From Azolla caroliniana (Eukaryota > Plantae > Polypodiophyta): a stretch of DNA of 15,189 bases. Shown here one piece after another: positions 9,901 to 15,189 of the stretch. The notes beneath the pieces are model-generated. The model made no database searches. It saw only the letters and a program-made list of their open reading frames with translations, and had not been told where the DNA came from. How positions within the stretch are numbered: position 1 is the stretch's first letter; every line of letters begins with the position of its first letter. The stretch is taken from NCBI GenBank assembly GCA_043228905.1, contig JBHGNT010000811.1:1-15189 (forward strand). Direction: 5' to 3'. A program made the position numbers and the translations under genes.

Positions 9901-12900
9901 TGTGGATTTGGAATCTTGATCTTCTAAAGCTCGATTTAATAGTCTGGCAATGAAGCTGCACAAAAAGAAAGCAAGAGAGAGTATGTCTGATTCCTGATAG
10001 CCATATTCAGACAAGGCAATGACGCCATGGTTACCAACAAACTTTCAGTTTAAGGAATCTAAACAAGGATTGATATCCACAATATAAACCAACCTCGGGC
10101 TTGAGAGCTTCGATTTCAACTCTGACAGTGACAGTCGAGAGACAGCTGAGAGAGTGTCAGCTGCATTTGCATGTGCTTCCGATGAGTTCTAGAGGGAAAA
10201 ACGGAAATTCAAAAGATCAATTATGTTGCTCAACAATGTATGAATTTTTGAAGTAGAACAATCTTACAGGGGGGCTGAGTTTATCAAGAAGCATATCGAG
10301 CAAGTTTGTATCTGCTAGCCAGTTGAAGCTATCTTCATGAAAAGCGTGCATGGCATCATCTGTTCCGATGATACGTATCAAAACCTGATACATTGTTCGA
10401 TTTTTTTGCATAATTAAAAGTTATGCTGTGCTCCCATGTAAGTGTGCAACATGTATAAAACATTTTGGCTTCTCTGGCACTTTCTGAATGTTGTGCCATT
10501 TCTCTCAATAAAAGTTTTGGAATTAACATGCATCAGCAGAAAGTTTACCTCCATTATGGATGTAATAGAAATTAGATCGACAAGCTTCCAAAGAATCTCT
10601 TGATGTGTCTGTCAACAGAAACCAAAAAAGGTCACACATAGCAAACTAATCCACTGTTAAAAGTGAGTATCCATGTAGAAGCATGCAGCCTTACCTGAAT
10701 TCATACCCTTATCTTCTATATTTTAGCCTAGCTAAGAAGAGATGAGAAATGAATCCACAAACTATCAAAATGCAGACTTTGTAAACAAGATGCATTTACT
10801 AGTGACAGGACAAGGAATCAGAGCCAATAATGCAAGGCAGCAATCATCCAATATTGTTACAAGTGCATGCATATGGAATTCATAATAAAAGACACTTGTA
10901 CAATGATATTTATTTATTCATTGGTTTCATTTATTATAGTTTATTTGTTTAGTTCATATATCAGCCAGCAAAAACTCAAACAAGATAGATGTGCTTTGGA
11001 GCTACATATACTCTTGCATTGCAGGATAAAGTACTCTAAAGTATCTAGAATAATTGTTTATCAAATGTGTTACTTGTGGTTCATCTGGATTTTGTCAGCT
11101 TTCACTAGTCGTGGTCTTGGGCATCATAAATCCATCTACACATAGTACTTGGCATCTACATAGATCTGTAAGATTCTATAAATTATCATCTTTCAAATTA
11201 CTAAATCATGTCAAAACTACATTACTTTGTGCATTGCTTACACAGAAATTCGATGGTGCAATATGCATGTGGCATTATCCTTGTTCATGTTTGACCTTAT
11301 TCTCACAATGCCATATGTGATGACAAAACTTGCACATTATGCAGTTTTAAGGCACTTTCAGGATCATTATTATCACTTCAAGCTCATAAGATCCTGTAAC
11401 CAAGCAAGCACTTGAGTCTATGATTCTAGCTTCTGGGAAGGACAGGTATGTTAAATGGAGTTTGGAGAACAGATACAAAACACGTTACTATATTGTGAAA
11501 TTGAAAATACATTGGAAGCTCTAAGGTACTTTGAAAGGTATATATACTGAAACAAAGAGGGGAGAATGTTGTGTGAGACTGATCATGCACACAAAAGATG
11601 TAATGTATTCTAAAAATAAGTGCCTGTGTGCTGGCATATACAAATCAATCTCACAAGCAAAATTACAAACCAATACTCCCAAGAATACCTGCAAGTAGCG
11701 CATTACAGATGCGGTTTTCCTCATCAGAAGGCATATAGCCACCTGTGCGGAATCTTAAATAATCAGTTATCATCCATCAGACTAGAGCACTATTGTCAAG
11801 AGAGAGAATGCTACCTTACTGAAGTATCCAGCAAGCAATGGTCCATGAGAACGTTCTGGATCCAAGAAGGAGAACAGCAAACCAATCAACTACGAACACA
11901 AAAACGTAGTTACTAACAAATTGCATTACACTAATGTCTTATAGGTCAAAATGGCCTATAAGACCAAACATGAGATTACACCTTAAAAACTTGTCTCATC
12001 CTTGTGAACAAACCAAAACAAATTTAACTATGTGAAAACATAAATAGAAATAAACAGCGCAAAATGGAGAGAACTCCCAAGCATTAAAAACACCTGTGAT
12101 GACAAGGATAGTGACAATGGAGATAATAGCCTTTATTTGTTGATGACAAGGATAGTGACATTGTAGTTCACAAGGTCGGGTCCCACATGCACAACTAATT
12201 GGTATGGCCTATTATTTCACAACCCCTTAATTGACTTGTGGGGTTAGTAGTAGTTATAGCGCTAGAGAAAGTTATGATCGTTCTTTGTCAATGAGCTTGT
12301 GTGGTTGTATTGTTGTCCTTCAACAACTTCCCCCTATGTATCTTGAGTTCTAGCAAGAACAATCCCAAGCACCATTGGTACTCATATTCCTTTACCTTGT
12401 GTATTGGGCAAAGCCTTGATTAGAGAGCCAATGGTATCTCCCTCTTTTTTCATAGTAGCAATATAGTAGCAAACATAGGTGTTCTTCATATTCCATTCCT
12501 GGATAACACAATTAACAGATTCTTTCTTCCAGAAGTGTATGCATATTGGCCTACCTCAAGTTATAAGTAAAATGAAGACGTCCACACCTGCGCTATCGCA
12601 ATATGCAATGCATGCAATAGATGTATATCCATATAAGGGGGTCTGATGGAGAATCCACCCTCCAATGTATAATTGTGAGCCATCTTCCTACCAAGAGATG
12701 TTGTGGGGCTGATCCATGTTCCATTATCCAATTTGATACTATCATTTCTGATCACACTATAGTTTCCCACTTTGGTGATGTTCAGATGGGGAAAATTCAA
12801 GCTATATTGGAACAGGGGTAGTGCATTTATGGTTATCTATATGACTCTTAACCATTCTTGTGTTTCAACATACCAACAATGATCATCTCCATGTTCAGCA

Positions 12901-14533
12901 AGTTGATTTTTTATGTCATAAATGCCAACCTTGAGTACCTTTGTTTCGGGAGCTACGAAATGGTTGGATATTAATCACTAAATGGAATAGCATTCCGGTC
13001 ATTAATGGGGCCGCTCCCATCAGTGCCCGAATTAAATCATGGGGCACTGATGTTGTGCTCTTCCGTATCATTAAGAAATCATTGAGACTAAGGTCTCTTC
13101 AAATCTCTTTAGTTTTTTGCCTTGTGAAGACTCGGTCCCCATGTTTGTACTCCCAAGAGAAGACTGGGGCAATGAGTATAAAAAAGGCCCAATTTAGTCT
13201 ATGAATCTTGGAGCTGTATATGTGCATATTCTCTTTCAAGAGCACCAAGGGCTACATATCCATAAGAGTTTTGTAAAAAGAAATGAGGCCTTGCGTATGT
13301 TACCTAGATATGTGTAAGACTATGTGTATGCCACCTTTTCTTTTGTCAAGAAGAATTATGGTTTTGATATCGTTGCCCATGCTTTAGTGGTGTTAAAGAT
13401 CATCACTCAACAAAGAAACAATCTTTATAAGCCAAATAATGAAAATTACCAATTGAATCCTTTTCTTGCTGACATTTCATTTTTCTTGACTTGAGTTCAT
13501 ATATGTAAATCACTAGAGCATAGCACAAAGACACTTGAAAAAAGAGCAACATAACTCCAAGGCTGCAAAATGAGCAAGGACAAAGCTTGGAACAAAATGA
13601 AAATGGACTTTCATGCACCAAGAAAAAAAAAATCAGGCATGGAGAATCTCCAAGCAGAGTTGGACTCTCTATACTTTGGCAAGACAGTTTAAGATAGTTC
13701 CAGAAGCCATTGAAGCAGAAGATTGAATGAAAAGGCTCAAGACAAATAAACAAATGGAGCAGATGTAGGAGAAATACCTAGAGTTAGGCAGACTTATCTA
13801 AGACAACAAGATTGGAAAGTGGTCAATAAATTGATTAGCAAATGAACTGTAGTTTCAGGTGGAAAGACAAGTCAACTTCTTTTTATTTCTTCTCATATGG
13901 AGATAACAACACAAGAGCGCCTCGTTCAGGCCATACAAGTTCTTGACAATAAGCATAGTTAACATCTCAATGGCCATAAACAGTTGCATCCAAAAAGTAC
14001 TAATCCATGTATTATACTTGAACGGCAAACATTTTGCAGATTACCATATTGTTAACATCATAAATACTTACCTCTTCATCCTCAACTATGGTTTTCAATA
14101 TTATCTCAATTTCGCAGGTGAAAATTTCACAGGAAATGAAAGGGAACCTGCGAAGGCCATTGTGATTTCTCATTTCAAAAACACGAAATAAGTGAAGATA
14201 GGGATAAATAAAGCAAAAGACAACTCTGGACGTCTCTTACTTGAAAACTCTCTTATTGTCAGATCCCTCTGGTGGTTCCTCAACAATATATTTCAAAAGC
14301 TGTTGGATCTGTACCTTCCCTCTAAGGCTGCAATTTCCAAGTTCCACCAAGATATGTAAGATAAATGGAAAATATGAGCAAAATCACAAAACAAAAAAAT
14401 TCACATGTTGAAAGGGCATAAAGGATTACAAATTTATCAAACGTGTATTCAACGATTTGCACTCTTGAATAAGGTCATCTTCATCCAAAAGCTCTTCGAG
14501 TGTGAAACTATCTTTATCAAGCAACGACTCCAC
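253..14533 (-). CDS. SAL: SIT4 phosphatase-associated (SAPS domain) protein / protein phosphatase 6 regulatory subunit, SAL-like; spliced gene, 18 coding exons in window, 5'-partial
   Basis: Manual splicing of 14533-14430, 14327-14241, 14147-14072, 11889-11815, 11742-11689, 10608-10549, 10384-10268, 10188-10094, 9955-9756, 9109-9012, 2764-2661, 2575-2410, 2260-2138, 2068-1989, 1809-1680, 1599-1570, 1128-1058 and 970-253 gives 2388 nt, one open frame of 795 aa plus stop, all GT-AG. It contains recognisable SAPS motifs: FTLEELLDEDDLIQECK, FPFISCEIFTCE, LLAGYFSKV, TTYGELCPPLGIHRLK, YPFNNFLHHHV, GNLGHLTRIAN and C-terminal FTDVNYWR. The family call is from recalled homology; the paralog is not determined. 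Confidence 0.93.
1058..1128 (-). CDS. SAL: SAPS gene exon (GGYFEHDSSGVVMSSLRLGEEQD)
   Basis: AG/GT bounded, 71 nt, conserved VVxSSLRLG. Confidence 0.88.
1570..1599 (-). CDS. SAL: SAPS gene 30-nt microexon (ELGVFGRAED)
   Basis: TTGCAG acceptor and GTAAGA donor; phase 0/0; fills the short segment expected from homologs. Confidence 0.75.
1680..1809 (-). CDS. SAL: SAPS gene exon (RPTTLRERSVNSDEDEYQDRDYD...NEDE)
   Basis: AG/GT bounded, 130 nt, conserved GRPT...DRDYD. Confidence 0.9.
1989..2068 (-). CDS. SAL: SAPS gene exon (EKPEWLQWQVVLQRLNSTENVSQWTC)
   Basis: AG/GT bounded, 80 nt, conserved WxxWQ...ENVxxWxCG. Confidence 0.92.
2138..2260 (-). CDS. SAL: SAPS gene exon (PTVAKAGKHPPKVGNLGHLTRIAN...AHLQ)
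   Basis: AG/GT bounded, 123 nt. Confidence 0.93.
2410..2575 (-). CDS. SAL: SAPS gene exon (YPFNNFLHHHVENII...MDSK)
   Basis: AG/GT bounded, 166 nt, conserved YPxNNFLHHHV. Confidence 0.93.
2661..2764 (-). CDS. SAL: SAPS gene exon (IIEFVAVLLRTNSDAARQGLVRLGAIQQALKLFF)
   Basis: AG/GT bounded, 104 nt; continues HRLK in phase 0. Confidence 0.92.
3813..3817 (+). repeat. Target site duplication, left copy (TTTCC)
   Basis: Identical 5-mer at 8180-8184. Confidence 0.93.
3897..3998 (+). repeat. 34-bp tandem repeat x3 in 5' LTR (x2 in 3' LTR at 7806-7873)
   Basis: TTCTCTCTCTAGAATCTGCAATGCTTTAAATGC(A/C) units starting at 3897, 3931 and 3965. Confidence 0.95.
4108..4115 (+). promoter_or_regulatory. Probable LTR TATA box (copy at 7984-7991)
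   Basis: TATAAATA at a typical U3 position, present in both LTRs. Confidence 0.6.
4303..4314 (+). other. Primer binding site complementary to the 3' end of initiator tRNA-Met
   Basis: TGGTATCAGAGC directly after the 5' LTR; canonical plant LTR-retrotransposon PBS. Confidence 0.95.
4571..7701 (+). pseudogene. Disrupted copia gag-pol polyprotein
   Basis: Motifs present: gag NGNNYLDW, zinc knuckle CHYCGYKGHIHPDC (5306-5347), protease WSVDSGATSHM (DSG 5499-5507), HARFGH...CVAC, integrase VHMDLCGP / DDFSR / RSDNGGEF / ERKN, FGCDAYVHI, RT KARLVAKGYSQ and LYGLKQ. Lesions: about 8 frame changes (near 4620, 4840, 5390, 5665, 6060, 6330, 6375, 7580), an in-frame TAG at 5045-5047, and no YVDD or RNase H core. 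Confidence 0.93.
7712..7726 (+). other. Polypurine tract
   Basis: GGAGCTAAGAGGAGG (pure purine core 7718-7726) abutting the TG of the 3' LTR. Confidence 0.88.
7727..8179 (+). repeat. 3' LTR (453 bp)
   Basis: TGTTGGAGGG...TTCTCACA, preceded by the PPT and followed by the TSD. Confidence 0.97.
8180..8184 (+). repeat. Target site duplication, right copy (TTTCC)
   Basis: Identical 5-mer at 3813-3817. Confidence 0.93.
9012..9109 (-). CDS. SAL: SAPS gene exon (DLLKVLDV...TTYGELCPPLGIHRLK)
   Basis: AG/GT bounded, 98 nt; its donor opens the 6247-nt copia-containing intron. Confidence 0.93.
9756..9955 (-). CDS. SAL: SAPS gene exon (FIARLLNRALED...SLTVCIALLDPKR...GMLQRL)
   Basis: AG/GT bounded, 200 nt. 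Confidence 0.92.
10094..10188 (-). CDS. SAL: SAPS gene exon (NSSEAHANAADTLSAVSRLSLSELKSKLSSP)
   Basis: AG/GT bounded, 95 nt, conserved HANAA and KLSSP. Confidence 0.92.
10268..10384 (-). CDS. SAL: SAPS gene exon (VLIRIIGTDD...LLDMLLDKLSPP)
   Basis: AG/GT bounded, 117 nt. Confidence 0.92.
10549..10608 (-). CDS. SAL: SAPS gene exon (THQEILWKLVDLISITSIME)
   Basis: AG/GT bounded, 60 nt, conserved LVDLIxITSIME. Confidence 0.92.
11689..11742 (-). CDS. SAL: SAPS gene exon (VAICLLMRKTASVMRYLQ)
   Basis: AG/GT bounded, 54 nt. Confidence 0.92.
11815..11889 (-). CDS. SAL: SAPS gene exon (LIGLLFSFLDPERSHGPLLAGYFSK)
   Basis: AG/GT bounded, 75 nt, conserved LLAGYFSK. Confidence 0.93.
12095..13407 (-). 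mobile_element. 5'-truncated, degenerate non-LTR retrotransposon (LINE ORF2 3' part); intronic, sense to host; boundaries approximate
   Basis: Minus-strand reading through stops and frameshifts gives VMIFNTT...SYTYLG (YTYLG 13316-13302, end of the LINE RT domain), GVQTWG, L*LEVGQY and EERIC*LC...EYEEH.(Y)VC (about 12529-12468, C-terminal CCHC-like motif). It ends in a repeated 3' tail with AATAAA. No TSD was found. Confidence 0.75.
12097..12160. repeat. Exact 20-bp direct repeat TGATGACAAGGATAGTGACA (12097-12116, 12141-12160)
   Basis: Seen directly; lies at the inferred 3' end of the LINE. Confidence 0.9.
14072..14147 (-). CDS. SAL: SAPS gene exon (FPFISCEIFTCEIEIILKTIVEDEE)
   Basis: AG/GT bounded, 76 nt, conserved FPFIxCEIFTCE. 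Confidence 0.93.
14241..14327 (-). CDS. SAL: SAPS gene exon (LRGKVQIQQLLKYIVEEPPEGSDNKRVF)
   Basis: AG/GT bounded, 87 nt, phase matches neighbours. Confidence 0.92.
14430..14533 (-). CDS. SAL: SAPS gene exon (VESLLDKDSFTLEELLDEDDLIQECKSLNTRLIN)
   Basis: AG at 14535-14534, GT at 14429-14428; 104 nt; conserved SAPS N-terminal motif. Confidence 0.93.
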
Positions 14534-15189
14534 CTAATAGTACAAAACCCAAAATTAAAATGCATAGTTATAGTTTGGGACACACACATACACATATATA
14601 GTAAGGTTAGCCATCAAATAACAAAATCAATAAAAATGAAAATATATGTATGAGACTAGAATAGAATAAGAAATTGCACTCACAAATAAATTGTGTGAAC
14701 AGAAGTTCGGTGAATCAATGTTCTAAATATATTGATTGATATACAGATAGACTTTCTTACTGTCCTTGGTTGTCAAATATGACATATGGGACCAAAGTAA
14801 AACATTTCATGTAGTACGTTACATTGGTAAGTGATTCTCAATGTTCGAGAATTTAATTAATGGATGCTGAAATTGAGAGTGCACAAGTGACAGAGAAATG
14901 TGTGTAGGAATAAATCAGGGTTGAAATTACGAAAAGCTAACTCAAATGTGAACGAACATGGAGCATTACAATTATACTCAACCTCATGAATTTGTCCAGG
15001 GGCAAAACATGCATCATCACAAATCTCCTTGTTGATGTTCCAACAACCTATTTCACATCGAAGATAATGTGAATTGCGATGTGGATGGTACCACGAGAAT
15101 GTTTCTTCCGTGTATGAATGAGTGTCATTTGTCTACTCAGAAAAGAAGTTGATTTTGTTGTTTGGTGCAACATATGTAAAATATCATGT

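Noticed and set aside
1-15189. A novel multi-gene system (defence, RNA-guided or similar)
   Set aside because: All recognisable coding signal is explained by one conserved host gene and two retroelements; no unexplained long ORF or RNA gene was seen.

Overview
Eukaryotic, land-plant-type genomic DNA. The minus strand carries most of an intact, intron-rich gene for a SIT4 phosphatase-associated (SAPS-domain) PP6 regulatory subunit, similar to Arabidopsis SAL. I traced 18 coding exons from 14533 down to the stop at 253. All introns are GT-AG and all phases match, giving 795 aa; the short first coding exon appears to lie beyond the window. The largest intron (2765-9011) holds a Ty1/copia LTR retrotransposon on the + strand (3818-8179) with both LTRs, a 5-bp TSD (TTTCC), a tRNA-iMet PBS and a PPT. 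Its gag-pol is decayed and has an internal deletion removing YVDD and nearly all of RNase H. Intron 11890-14071 holds a 5'-truncated, heavily mutated LINE in the gene's sense orientation that the ORF track mostly misses. I found no convincing new biological system. The points worth checking are TE architecture, TE-in-intron effects on the host gene and some splicing oddities.
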